From assembly GCA_964188305.1 (NCBI GenBank), contig OZ076895.1: a stretch of 64,000 bases of DNA, one strand, 5' to 3'. The notes beneath the pieces were generated by a model that saw only the letters and a list, made by a program, of their open reading frames with translations, was not told the DNA's origin and made no database searches. Below are positions 50,551 to 63,255 of this stretch, in pieces (the first letter of the stretch is position 1; the number at the start of each line of letters is the position of its first letter). Source of the DNA: Podarcis bocagei (taxonomy: Eukaryota). The position numbers were made by a program, and so were the translations under genes.

Positions 50551-52115
50551 AAGTCGGCCACACAGTTTCCAAGCCCAAGGCTGCCTTGCACCTATCGAGG
50601 ACTCTAGCCTGAAGGCAGTTCCTTCCCTTGGTGGACTTGAAATCTTGTTTGTCTACACTGTCCTCCTCACAGTGCAGTCTTTTTATTTCAGACCTGCTGG
50701 TTATGTTTTTATATTTGTTGTCACAGTGTGACAAATTTTTGTACAGTCAATTTTACGGTCTCCTCTGCCATTAGAGCCAGTAGGTTACAACTGTTAATGT
50801 AACAGTAGCTGCAATTTTTGTGCAGGACTGAGAAACACAGTGCATTATTTATTGCGGAATCATTGCTGCTAAATAACTACTGTCTGTATAGTTAACAAAC
50901 AATTGAACACCTGCAGAAATTGCAGTGGCTTTATATAATATGTGAATGCATCTGTTTCTCCATGAATTATTGCTGCAGTTTTATATCTTATCTTTTCTTT
51001 TTTTAACTGCAATGTTTCCTGGAATGTAAACAAAGCTTTCTTGACTGTTAAATAGGTAAATTTGTCTTTTAATGCTCTTAAATTCATGGCCCTTCAACTT
51101 CTTATTTAATATTAGATGTAAAGTAACAAAACTTATTACAAAAGACCTTTTTTCAAAGCACTTAGTACTGACGTTGATCTGAAGAAGTGGGGGAAAAACA
51201 GTTCCTTTTGTTACATGCTATCAGGTTCCATGTCTATTAGTGCGGATTGGCTTACAAATTGAAGCTTGGTATTATTCTTGATGTTTGTTGAATGACTAAA
51301 AACAAAACGATGGGATCCGGGCGTCCCAGCCCCATGCTTCCATGGCTGTTCAGTGTCAACATATTTTCTGGAAATCCACTGGAAGAATGCAAGTCCATAC
51401 TAGAGAAGTCCATCACTCTGCATTGCAGACTTTGTAAAGCATGAGAACTTAGAGGGTTTTAAAGATCTTAGATGTTATCTGTTTTTTTTGGAGCTAGTCA
51501 ACATGTTACTACTAAGCTTATGCATCTCAGTGAGTATCATAAATACCTCCTGGTGATAGTAACAGTATTTTTAAGCATTTGTGTTCCCCTTTCTGGACCT
51601 ATTTGTTTAGTGCATCTTCAAGAGGCTGTAAATCTTTATTGGTATATTTTGAAATGGTTATGTAAATCTTTGGCTGGTATATCATGAAAATAGTCATAGA
51701 TAACTTAAATTTTTTTCCTGAAGTTCACTGTAAAACATTCAGGGGTCCTACCATTTCTGTTCAGGAAATCTTGTAGTTTATTATTGTTATTTAACAGTAT
51801 TAAGTGAAAAAATATTTTGTATGTTCCTTTAACTTTATTTGTGAATAGTGATTGTGGCATGTTTGGGGATGTTTTATTAATATTTCATGATACTAGTAAA
51901 TTGAATTTGGGAACTTTTTTTTTTAATTTTCTGGAAGAGATGACAAATTCATGTGTAATGGTGACTATTGGACCACTGCTGCTTTTCAGCATTTGTAAGC
52001 TGGTTTTACGTTAAAGAAGCCCTGTAGAGCTAACAAACTGCTGTTATTTCTAACTGATGGACCTGTATTAATATTGTACTTTTGAAAGTATAAATATTAT
52101 ATGGAAAATCTTCAA
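50551..52115 (+). other. CDK17: CDK17 3'UTR (3' end uncertain)
   Basis: AT-rich sequence after the stop with no recognisable TE. TGTA motifs precede TATAAA at 52089-52094, followed by a GT-rich tract. Alternative signals: AATAAA at 52670, CATAAA near 53365. Confidence 0.6.
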
Positions 52116-52707
52116 TTGTGTTTGAATGTTTTATGACAAGCGTTCTGCTAAATTGATTCAGCGAAGTCTGTGCATAAACAAGTTTGTTCATGTAGATGAG
52201 ATGTAGAAAGGACTTAATGCCCTGAACAGATGCCTGCCAAACATGCATTATTGCATTGTGATCCCTCCTTGAAAGAATCCTAGGTCTGGCTCATGCCATG
52301 TTTTGTTGGATTAGGAAAGTACTGTGTCCAATCCTGGTTTATAGGGAGCACTCAGACCAGAGCACTCAGACACCTTAGTTCAGCAAACTGTGGCTTGAGA
52401 AAACAGGAATTATTGTATTAAGCTGGACATGCAAGTGGAGGTGGATTGCGCAACAGTAAGCAAGAGAATGCAAACATGCAGTAAATTCCAGATCCAACAA
52501 ACCATTGTTTATTAAACCAGGAACATGTCCGATCCAAGCTATACTTTTCTTTTGTGTTCACTGTTTCTGAATCCAAGGCATAAGTTTCGTCAGAATTACA
52601 AGGACTGGTTTTGTACAAAGCATGGTGAATTCAATGTAGCTGGTTATGTGTTGGTTACTTTATGTCAGTAATAAATGTAACAGTAGATTCCAATTTAACA
52701 TGAAGTT

Positions 52708-52820
52708 GCTGGGATAGCTCAGAGTCGTGTATTCGATGAACAAAAGATTCCTGCATTGCAGGGGTTGGACTAGATGTCCCTCATGGTCCCTTCCTACTCT
52801 ACAATTCTGTGATTCTATGT
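52708..52820 (+). mobile_element. Internally deleted tRNA-Lys/CR1-tail SINE
   Basis: GCTGGGATAGCTCAG head, AAAAGATTCCTGCATTGCAGGGGTTGGACTAGATG body, ATTCTGTGATTCTATG tail. Confidence 0.75.
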
Positions 52821-55260
52821 TTCATACCAAACAAGGCAAAATTGTTCAGTCTCTGGTTACCAAGGGCAAAATCCACTTCAGGAGTAGAATAAAAAGTGGG
52901 TCAGTTTCAGCAAAGGCAAATCAATTGGAAATAAATACACCATGAGATAAGTCTAACCTACCTATTTTGTTTGCTTGTAATCTATGTGTCAATTTTTTTT
53001 TAATGCATTGGATGCCAATTTGCATTCTGTGTACTTGAGAAACTTGAAATAATGATACACACTTTTATACGAAACGAACTGAAAAACAAACTTTCAGACT
53101 TTTATTTCCCTTCTTATTGTTTCTTATTGAGCTGCTTGCATTTTATACTTGGACTCGTCAGTCTTCAGGGGTCAACAGTTCTTACAATGAAAGCCGAGAC
53201 TCTTGAATGTCCATTTTACCTCAGGAGCTGCCTTTTGTTTTTCAGGAAAACGCTGTTGCTCCTCTTGACACTAGTATGCATGTCATCCCAAAAGGTCTGG
53301 TTACAATTTTGTTTTAAAGAATGTGATGCTTCTGTTTTGACGAAGTTTTTCATTAATTATTGTACATAAAGTAGTGGTATGCTGAAAAATCTGCCCTCTG
53401 GTTTCTCAAAAGTTTTCTTGCTCTGTTAAAAGGAGCTTCTGTTTTTCTGCCTCATTCTCAGAGCACTTTAGAATTTCAGTCAGTGTCAGGTTTTTGAGTG
53501 ATCTTTTTTTTCTGAGGAGGATGTATATATTTTTCTTTCCAGTAAACAATTCTTCAGCACTCTGTACCTTCCCTGGCTACCTACGCTTTCTGATCTGAAA
53601 AGGCCCCATGATGGAGCAGTTACCTCATGATGGCTTCCCCTGAGCGTGGCCACTTCAGAGGTAAGGTAAGAGTCATAAAAAGCCTGCACCCTGCTCATGG
53701 GAATTTCACCAAAATTCTCTCTTCGCTTGGATAATTTTTCAAATACATTTTCTTTTCTCATTAATGGATGGTGTTCAGGTGGAAAGAATGGGAGGAAGTT
53801 TTGAGTATAAAGTACCCAAAATGGAATCATACGTTCAATAGTTAAAATGCAGGTATGAGAGAGAGAGGATTTCAAAACAAAAATCCTCACAGCCAGCAGA
53901 GAGGGGATTGAGAGAATTATTAATACACATAAAAGGGGGGTGGGAATAAATAGTATGTTTCAATTACACATTACATCTAGGGTTTCTCATATATTTACTG
54001 GGTTCTGCTTTATGCTTAATAATGCTACTTGCTGCATACGTAATCTTTTATTTTTTTTCTAAAGAATTGTACAAATATTACTGATCCTCACAACAGCCCT
54101 GTGAGGTAGGTTAAGGAGATAACTTGAAGATATTCCAATGTTTACAAATGTAAAGAGTGTATTAAAGCAATCAAAGGACTTCTGAAGTGTGGAGGACATT
54201 TGTTTTGGGAAAGCAGAATAGCTAAATGGATATTTTGGGCCGTTTCTACATTGCTCAGTCCATCATACCAGCCACTAAAGGAGATCTTCAGAAATGCAAC
54301 TTGTAATTGCAAACAGTTTTCTCATGTGCTTGACCTTCTCTGGACCACAGTATGTGTTAACTTGTATAAAAGAACTTGAATTATGGAGCACATTTAAAGG
54401 TTATGGCGAAAAACACATCTATTTCACTCAGGGGCAAAGCCCTTGCATAATGTGAGTGGGAAAAGAGTTATTTGCAACTTTACTTCGCTTGCATGATTCT
54501 GAATGATGTACATTATCCCCAAGAGAAGGGAGAAAGACACCTTTTTACCTTAATGGAGTGCCAGCAATGAATGTTATTAAATGATATCCACTTTGACACA
54601 TTAATGCAGAACCACACCCTCTTGTGGCTGTTCTTGTGTCTCCCTGTATACTTCTGTCCAGCCCAGAGAATAAGAGCGCCACACTTTCTGCAGAAAACAT
54701 GAGTGCACAGTGTACTTTGGTGTTTTACACAGCAAGCACATAGACACACCTGTATCCTTAAATATTTGAAGAGGTAGGTGTGCCATTCACTTTTATGTGT
54801 TTTGCTGCACAAAATTCCAGCAAACCTGCAAAAATAATTTTTGGGTGTGTTAAGCGGAGCTGCTGATCTGCTCTTGTTCTTCTGCTGTAGCATATTGCCA
54901 CAAAGCATGCAAAATTCTGATGTCTTATTACATCTTTTGTTGAGGGGGCGTTTCCCAATGAAGGTGTAAAAGGTAAATAGGGCTGTTAATAAGTTGGTTG
55001 ATAAATATTCCATCATCCAATGAGGCCTCACCCTTGTTTCATTGTAGGACAAACAACTTTTCTAGAGAAACCCAATGCTTTTCAGCACATGGTAGTTAAA
55101 CAGCATGGGCCTTAGCAGAGACACAAAATTGAGTGCGGCATTTCGAGGCTTTTGGAAATACACTAGACATTTAGAAAGAGCAGTAAGCTTAGCAGTATGA
55201 CTTCAACTGACTTGTATTTAAGGAAATGAGATTAGAATTAAAGTTGGTTTGGGTATGCAC

Positions 55261-55273
55261 TTTATTATTTAAT
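55261..55273 (-). terminator. Candidate ELK3 polyadenylation signal (ATTAAA then AATAAA)
   Basis: Plus strand tttattatttaat. Confidence 0.5.
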
Positions 55274-56165
55274 GTTCATTTTCTGGTCTTTACAAAACTC
55301 ATAAGCCCTCTTCAGTTCAGGGGAGTAAATACAAAAGGGCTGCAGGTCCATTCTTACTTTTTTTACTTGTCGAAGCTCCCCTTGCAACTTAAGAACTGTG
55401 ATCTTCCAAGAGTCTCAATCACAGGGTGAGCTTTCATGAGTAGAGAAGCCTCTGAAATAATTGCAGCTAAACTTAAGAGTACCCAATGCTAGCAGGGCAA
55501 GAGTTAGGGAAAGCATGCCTCCTCTCTACTCACTACTCTGCTTTCACACATAAAGAGGGATATAGAGCGGATGACATCAAGTAGTAAGAGCACCATGGCT
55601 GTTTGCAAAGGAAGTGTGTGATCCCAGTTCTTATTGAAAATCAAACGGAAGGCTGCTTCGGTTATAACTTTTCTACAGGGCAAATCTTTTGACATCATAA
55701 TGCCACTTAAGAATAGCTAGAGAAGACAGAGGGCAGGTGATTTAATTAATCTTGGTGCATTTGACCTGGAAGGGACTTCACTAAAGTACCTAGCCTGCAT
55801 TTGATGAAAAAGTGGAAGAATGAAGTCTTGCACTGTCAGCACACTGATATTTGGTCCTGCCACCTGAGAGAAAGAGAACCAGCACAGAACTGTTTAATGT
55901 ACTGGTATGTGCCTTCCATTGTGTTCAGCTTTCTGCTCTTTACTTAATATAAAATTACTGTTGATACAGAATAGTTGGTCTGTGTTTGCTTTTTCCTGCT
56001 ATATCTTCTTAGTTGGAAATCACCAGGCTCACAGTTGGTATGTTAGAATGCTCTGAAAAAGAAATAATTTTGTCTTACTCTTCCCCTGCTATGCTTTTCC
56101 TGCTAAAATTGCTGAGATGTGGGATAGTTCTTGTTTTATATAATCAAACACAGAAAAGTGTAAAG

Positions 56166-56284
56166 CTGGGATAGAGAACCTGTGACTCGCCACTTGTTGC
56201 TGGACTCCAACTCCCATCAGTCCCAGCCATCATGGCCAGCGGTCAAGGATAATGGAGTTTAGCAGCAACTGGAGGGCCAACCCT
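56166..56284. mobile_element. Degenerate palindromic hAT-like MITE
   Basis: ggactccaactcccatcagtcccagcc ... ctggagggcc. Confidence 0.55.
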
Positions 56285-58366
56285 GTTGTACAGATTATGC
56301 TTCGTCTTTAATCATTAAAACATCAGGATTTGGGGAGTTCTTTTATCAAGCTCCATCTTCCTCCTACAAGATGCCTATGTTATAAACCTGGAAGACAGAG
56401 GTCGTTAATAGCTGTTTTGATTGCTTGCAACAAATGGTAGACTGGAAACCACAATATTGGAAATTAACGTGGAACATAATTTTAGAAGCACAATGTAAGA
56501 CTACGTAAAAGCAGTGTGTAAAAATGTGCTATCCAAATGCCACTATAAATGGCAAATAGAATTTAGTGTGCGAGAGTGTATTCAGCAGTGATATGCTTTC
56601 CATTTATAGAGCTTGATAACTTTGGCAATTGGAAATGATGCCTCTTGCAGAGGTGGAAGAGGATTGCTGGAAGATGTAGAGGAGCGTATACAATACTGTG
56701 AAAACATGGAGGGGGCAGGATTAGTGGCTCTCTCTTCAAATACCAAATGCTGTTCCAGAAAGCATAAATGATATACCTCACTGCAGTACATTCCTGAGGA
56801 TATAAAGTGCAGTGGGAATCAGCTATAGGACAGTATTCCTTATTCATATTTTTATTTAAAAGCACACACAGGCTTCAGTTTCACAACCTGGAAGACCAAC
56901 AGTTTATTATTTCTGCCGGAGTGTCTAGCTCAATGGAACCAGCGCTTTTCAAGTTAGATTGACTTATTAAAGTAGGCTTTGTGTAGAGTAGAACTGGAGT
57001 TTATATAAATTCTCAAATGAACTTTGGGAACATGACATAGGTTGGGATGTTTCATTTAATCTAAATATTTTCAGTGTTTAGATATAGTTAACATGTTCAT
57101 AAAATATGCATGCATGAGATACTTTCCAGAATACAGCTCCTGGACACAATGCTCTTTTTATACAATGCCACCCTGACTTATTTAATTCTGCTTTTGCGTT
57201 GTATGTCATCTTCAGGAAACTATAGTCATGATATTCTAGAAAGTGACACAACCTCTATTTCTCAGTCTTCAGTATTTTAGCTTTCTGAGGAGAACAAACA
57301 CCTTGGTGTTATTAAATCACATCGTTCAGTAGTGTTTTTTCTGAAGTAACCTGATACTGAACACGTTACACTTCGTATTGTATGTCTCTCACGCTCACAG
57401 ACTTTTTTTAAAAAATGTAATCATGAGGGCTAGAAACTCTTCTTAAAATTGTCCAAAACTGCCTAGTTTTTTAAGCCTTTGGCCATGTGAAACAGGAGCC
57501 ACTGGCTTCAAAGTACTGGAAAAATTAACTTAGAAGGTACAATACCTTGAGTATGGTCAGGAAAATGAAGATCAGATTAGTTTCTTCAGTCAATGAATAC
57601 ATGAAAATGAGTGGCACTGAGCAAGGCTATATCTTCTTAATTTAAGAATGTCCCTAAAATACATTGTAAATATTTAAGGCCATGTTCCTCTTACCACAGA
57701 GAAGAATTGAAGCACCTATATCTAAATAGTGTCCTATCCTTAAACACACTTACTGGCCAAAATATTTATTATGGCCCCACAGTTCAGCAAGGAAATAGGA
57801 GGATTCTTTATATAACTGGAAAGCACTTAATTCAAAATTACATGAATACACTGCAACATATGGCCTACCGCAAGGGTAATACTGAAATACTAGCATGGGG
57901 AAGGGGCTGTTCAATACTTGGTTCCTTTTCAACCTTTACCTTAATACTGGAAAATATATAAATCATTTATATAACATTATGCAAAAGAAGGCACAGCCGG
58001 TTATAGTTTATACAAGCATGGTGCATAATATGCAGAAATACAGGATTAAAAAGTTTCACATCCTTTAGATAATTGTCTTGAAATCTATTAAGAAAAGTAC
58101 TTCATTAACAGTGTTCAACACTTGGAGAGCAAGGATATAAAAAAAATTATAACTCATTTTAATGCACAACAGATTCTGATAAAAAAACACTGTTTAAAAA
58201 TGCTAAATAAACATCATACAAGTAGATCATTCATGTAATGAAAAGTGCAAACCATAGTAAAAGAGGGTTTCATGATGTCCTCCCAGTGTCACCAGAAAAA
58301 TGAAACCCATCAGAATGGCTGTGTAAAATCCAGTTTGTGAGTTGAGTCCTTTAATTTGCTGAGACA

Positions 58367-58465
58367 TCAGGATTTATGAGCATTTGGAGACAGGAGAACT
58401 GGAGAAGAAGTCCCATCCAAGCTGGGAATTGGCACTGGGATGTGACCATTGAGCAGAGTTGGAAA
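58367..58465 (-). CDS. ELK3: ELK3 terminal coding exon ([32 protein letters not shown])
   Basis: Reverse strand ttttgcag|TTTCCAACTCTG...TCCTGA, 99 nt; matches the recalled ELK3/Net C-terminus; convergent synteny with CDK17. Confidence 0.95.
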   Translation of the reverse strand, partial: FPTLLNGHIPVPIPSLDGTSSPVLLSPNAHKS

Positions 58466-61400
58466 CTGCAAAAGGGGAACAAATGAGAAATATTTTATTG
58501 TCTTTGAGATAAGTTTACCAAATAATTTTAAGATGTATGGGCAACCTGTGCTCCCTTAAGCCACATGCGGCCCTTGGCCTAATTTCATGCAGATGGCAAG
58601 GAGCGGGGAAGGGAAAGGGGCATTGGGGAGAGAGAGAGAGAGAAGGGGAGTCCCATCCACTTTTAATTCCAACCCACCTCTCATAGAAGCACAGTCTGCA
58701 TCTTAACTGCAGCCCAAGCAGCCACCATTCAGGCACAGTCTTTATTGTTTCACCAATGTAAATAGGGACACTTCCTTGAGTAGAGTGACTGTGGGAGCAT
58801 GTGTACCCAAAAATAATGTAGTCGAAAGCTCTTCACCTCCATGCCACTGTTCTAATTCTACTCTACAACTGACTGTCCTGTACTGTTTTAAAAGAAGCGA
58901 GGGTGTTGTTTTTGCTAAAGGTACACTGGAAAAATGTAATTGTCCTGTAATATGTTACAATCAACCAAGCATGTGAAATGGCAGGCTGTGCATGGATTTA
59001 ATTGCATGGGCATTAGAAACAAGATGCGACGACCCAAGTCAGATACTTAACTTCAGGAAACCCTCAGGGATAGGGGGCAGAAGAAGAAAGGAACCTCCAG
59101 CAACTCATTCTAATAGGTTTTTGTAAATAGAGACATTTGGAACATACGTGTTCAGCCTTCCTGCAATTATGCAAAATGCTCTGATTTGCTTAATAAATTA
59201 ATCCTGCAATCAACCATAGCTTTGTGTCTTTATTCCTTCACTTGCCATGTCTTGTCAGCGTCCCAGCTCTTCAGAATGAGCTCCCTTTGTGTGTTTGTGC
59301 ACTGCCTGACACGAAGGGTCCCAGATTCTTCCCTGGAACTGCTCAGTTGCAACTACTGGGCAAATAATATGCAAAACAAACAATGGTATGGATTCTGGCT
59401 GCAAAACAACATCAGCCAGTGGGATGTTTGAGATGAATTCCAGCCGTGCTTCCCTGCTATTGTTTTAGACCTTTATTGCAGAGTGAACTGCAGCTTTGAA
59501 CAAGTCTCTCATTGCCCTAATTATACTGCAAGCTTTCAAACCTGGAGTAAGTTAATTACATTCCTCAAGAGGCTCTACCAATTAACCTGATCCAGTGAAG
59601 TAAGCTGGATGGAGGACTCTCCTCGCCCATCTGCTGGGAAACAGAAGTTGTTTTACCTGTATGCCAACTTAAGGGAAATAGTTTCACCAGTCCAACTCCT
59701 TTGGCTTGTGTGCCAGAGTAGCGTGTCTCAATTTTCTGTAACAGCACCTGCATTCCCCCCCACACACATAAGTTTCTTGAAATCACCTGAGCAGCATTGT
59801 AATGCCCCATTTGTTGCTTTCCAGCCCTTTTTTTTGTAAACCAAAGCACACTATCGGCTTAAGCTTTATAAATAAAGTATGTCCTCAAAAGGTGATCATA
59901 AGGAAAACCTTGAAAAAAGGTGAAGCAAGCTTTCTTGGAGTGTTGATATCTGTCCCCTGCCCCCATCTCAATATTATTATTATTTTGGAAGGAGAAAATC
60001 TGCATCCTATGTGTAGACAAAATTTGTTTTGTAACCCCTGTCCAGAACGTTAGTTGAGATATCAGCACTCTGCCCATCCACATATTATCCCGGATACAAA
60101 ACTTGCTCTCACAATATGCAGTGCTGTACTTTGCCCTCAAAGCACCCTTGATCGGGAAAGGCTTTACCTGTGAAGATGGAAGTGAGCGCAGTGAGCCCTT
60201 TAAAGAAAGAAACAAGTCCAATCCTTGGTGAGTTAGATCAGGTTCAGGCTCAGCGGCTGTTGCCACTTCTTATTTGGTTCTTGGGAAGAACACTTTTCCT
60301 ATGCTAATAGATTTGTCATCTTGGCCTTTCTCTGAACCACACGTTAGTCAAATCAGGGCCCTTGATGTGACGGATCTGGATCCCCTTTTCACTTCCAGTT
60401 ACCACTAATAGGTGCTGGGTGCACTTGGCTCTCACTACAGGGCAAGTCGTGGGTGCTTCTGTCTGATCCTAGCTGGATGGCTCTAATCAAGTGTGCAAAA
60501 TTATGAAATGCTAAAAATAAGGGAGTTCGTGTGAGGCGAAAGAGAGCCCTAGGAGGACTGCTGCAAAGCAGGTTGTGTTCTAAGTCAGAACAGTTGTTGA
60601 AGCTTAGTGAGGATATATGGGGAGTTGGATATTTGGGGTTTTCAGGACTCTAGTTCTTGAAGCTGTGCTGCACAAGTTTGGGTCCATCCCCAGATTTTGT
60701 TGGCAAGTGTCTTCTTCCAAATGCTCTATATCTAGTGCTGTATATACTCCAAACTTTTTTCCTCTCTCCTTCTCCTTTTGTGTGCATTTTAGAGTCAGGA
60801 TCAAGCCTGTACAAGGACGATCTACAAAACACTGGACTATTTCACATAATGCATTACAGTATATACTGGATATGAATCTGGTTTGCACGAGGTGCATTGT
60901 ATATTGACAACCTGGGAACAGCCCACAACTCCTTCCCTGCAACACCTTCTCCCCAACTTCCATTTCTGCTTAAATACTACCCAGTGTCACTTAGGGGGTG
61001 TGTGGTTTCTCCCCCCCCCCTGAGTGCACACACTCAGCAGAAAAACATTTAATAGGACAAAGAGGGAATTTATACTTGGTGGGAATGCCTTGAGCACACC
61101 AATTTGTACAAGCACACAATTGTTAATTTATTAAGGGGTGGAATGAAAGAATGCAAGCATGTTTGCATGGCTGTAGTAGGCAACAACAACAAAAACAAAG
61201 CCACCAGTTTTTAGAGACGTTTGCAACAGGACTCTGACCTGAACACGAGAAGCAGGTATATTGCAACCAGATACCCGTATTTCAGCACAAATCCTTGTCT
61301 TCTTTGTATGAAAAAAATCCTTAAACCCAGGAATGCAGATGGGAATGCAAGGTAGCACAACACAAACTTGAATGTTTGCAGATAGCATACCACAGCACTG

Positions 61401-61959
61401 CTGCTACAGAGGTTTAATAAAAAGCCTACAGTTCTTATAGGCTGCATTTACGGACACACATTGAAGTGCCCTGTGTGGCAGGAATTTGGTGATCTCAGCC
61501 CCCACTCACTTCAACGGCATGGTAACCCTGCAGTTACATCTTCATTGCTGGCTCCAGGTGCTTCCCTGACATAAATTTACTACTTCCTGTTATTGGTAAG
61601 TGTAGTTTTCCTGCGTCAGCCAAGGAAGCCAAATTCCAGGTGATGGTGCTAACATTTTCATACCCAGTATAATTTCTCCCTTTTAAAAATAGGGATTGAA
61701 AAAACCCCCACATGATACTGTACTCATGGAGCCAAGATGCCCCTGCGATCATGAGCGCTTTCTCTACATTTTTAATCCTTGTGATTTTAAACTGTTCTTG
61801 CAGCTTCCCTTAACACAGCCTCAGATGGGGCATGCTAATCCTCTTGAGAAATCTTCATGTTCTTTTGTGGGGGGGGGGTGTTCTGTTTTCCCATGCACAG
61901 ATAAGTTTTGACGTACAGCCTCTTTGACATATTTTGGCTGAGACATCAGAGCTGCCAAA

Positions 61960-62530
61960 AAAACATAAGAGAAGCCTGCAGGATCAGGCCAATGGCCCAC
62001 CCAGTTCAGCACTGTGTGGCCAACTGGTATACAGAAGCATACTACCGCTGACAGTGGAAGCAGAAGAAAACCACCATGGCCAGCAGCTGCCATGCTTGCA
62101 TGAATTTGTCTACTGTTTCAGAGCCATCTGAGTGGGTGGCCATCGCTGCCTCCTGTGGGCAGTGTGAAGAAGTACTTTTTTTCATCTGCCCTGAATCCTC
62201 CAGCGTTTCGCTTTGTTGGATGTCCCCAAGTATCTCCATATGCATAATTTTACACATTTCTATTGTGTCCCTTTTTGCTCATCTTCTCTTTCCTCCCAGG
62301 GGAGTTGCTCTATCTCCTTGGTCATTTTGCTTGCCCTTTTCTGAACCTCTTTCTGAGTTGAGGCGACAGCACACAGTGTATTCCAAATGCAGCTGCTTCA
62401 TAGCTTTGTATAATGGCATTATGATATTGGCAATTTTGTTTTCAGTTCCTTTCCTAATGATCCCTAGCAAGGATTTTTGCCTTTTTCACAGGTGCCGCGC
62501 ACTGGGTCAACATCTCCATCGAGGTATCAT
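61960..62530 (-). mobile_element. CR1 LINE 3' fragment in the last ELK3 intron
   Basis: ORF 62279-62470 LGIIRKGTENKIANIIMPLYKAM...HLEY is CR1 ORF2-like; AACATAAGA tail. Confidence 0.8.
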
Positions 62531-62580
62531 CAAGGTGTCTGGCACGTTTGTTTTCACTAACTTATGACAGAGGGGGGACT

Positions 62581-62725
62581 TAGAATCAAAATATTTGAGA
62601 GTTGGGACCACGAGGATCATCTAGTCCAAACCCCTGCAATTCAGGAATCTTTTGCCTAATGTGGAGCTCGAACCCACAACCCTGAAATTAAGAGTCTCAT
62701 GTGCTACCAACTGAGCTATCTCAGC
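62581..62725 (-). mobile_element. tRNA-Lys(CTT)-derived SINE with CR1 3' tail
   Basis: 73-nt tRNA-like head 62653-62725 with a broken acceptor stem, fused to AGATTCCTGAATTGCAGGGGTTTGGACTAGATG. Confidence 0.85.
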
Positions 62726-63043
62726 TTGGCTTATAATTATCAACCGAAGCCACCTCTGCTGCTGCCCTAGTGATAGCAATCGCCTGCCCCTTTAGGAGGC
62801 TGACTCCAGAGAAGCAGTAAACCTCCCTCAGTGCAATGTGTAAAGTTCCTGCCTTTTGGCATCTTCGTTGCTTTGTCTCTCCCCCTGTTACTGAAGCTCC
62901 TTTCCTGAGAGAAGGTATTGTTTTTGCACATCTAATGTTATCTTTTTTCAGAATGGAAATGCCTCCACCCCCAGCCTCAAAAAGGTTCCTTTGGCTACCT
63001 GGCCAGAAAGCGCCGCCTTTGGCTACCTGGCCAGAAAGCGCCT

Positions 63044-63089
63044 TTAAAAAATTTGTAAAACTAATAAAAATTTTATAAAAAAAAAAAAA
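63044..63089 (+). mobile_element. Extremely truncated poly(A) retro-insertion (L1/Tx1-like 3' end)
   Basis: AATAAA at 63063 then an A-run; 14-bp TSD AGAAAGCGCCGCCT at 63005-63018 and 63090-63103. Confidence 0.75.
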
Positions 63090-63132
63090 AGAAAGCGCCG
63101 CCTCAGAGAGCAGAGTCATTGCTCCAACCTAC

Positions 63133-63255
63133 CTGGAACAGGGTGTTTGGTCCTTGCAGCCTGGCAGGACTCAAAGGAGCGACGGGGCTGAGGCTGCTCC
63201 AGAAGTGAATGCTAGAAAGCAAGGGACTCGGGGTCAACAGCAATCCATTGGGGGT
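63133..63255 (-). CDS. ELK3: ELK3 penultimate exon ([41 protein letters not shown])
   Basis: Reverse strand cttgcag| acceptor and CAG|gtaggt donor, 123 nt; TCF C-domain IHFWSSLSP with MAPK SP sites; FQ|FP docking motif spans the junction. Confidence 0.96.

Larger units (their letters stand above)
55245..58366 (-). other. ELK3: ELK3 3'UTR (about 3.1 kb, 3' end inferred)
   Basis: Follows the stop codon. Minus strand reads ATTAAATAATAAA at 55261-55273 (tandem polyA signals); other minus-strand AATAAA near 56851 and 56903. Confidence 0.55.

Noticed and set aside
54513-55052. Longest ORF in the track (179 aa, minus strand)
   Set aside because: No recognisable domain, intergenic position and Cys/Lys-rich composition typical of random AT-rich DNA.
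62076-62567. 163-aa ORF on the plus strand
   Set aside because: Antisense reading of a decayed CR1 fragment.
62653-62725. Apparent tRNA-Lys(CTT) gene on the minus strand
   Set aside because: The acceptor stem is broken and it is fused directly to a CR1 3' tail; related fragments occur at 12843 and 52708. It is a SINE head.
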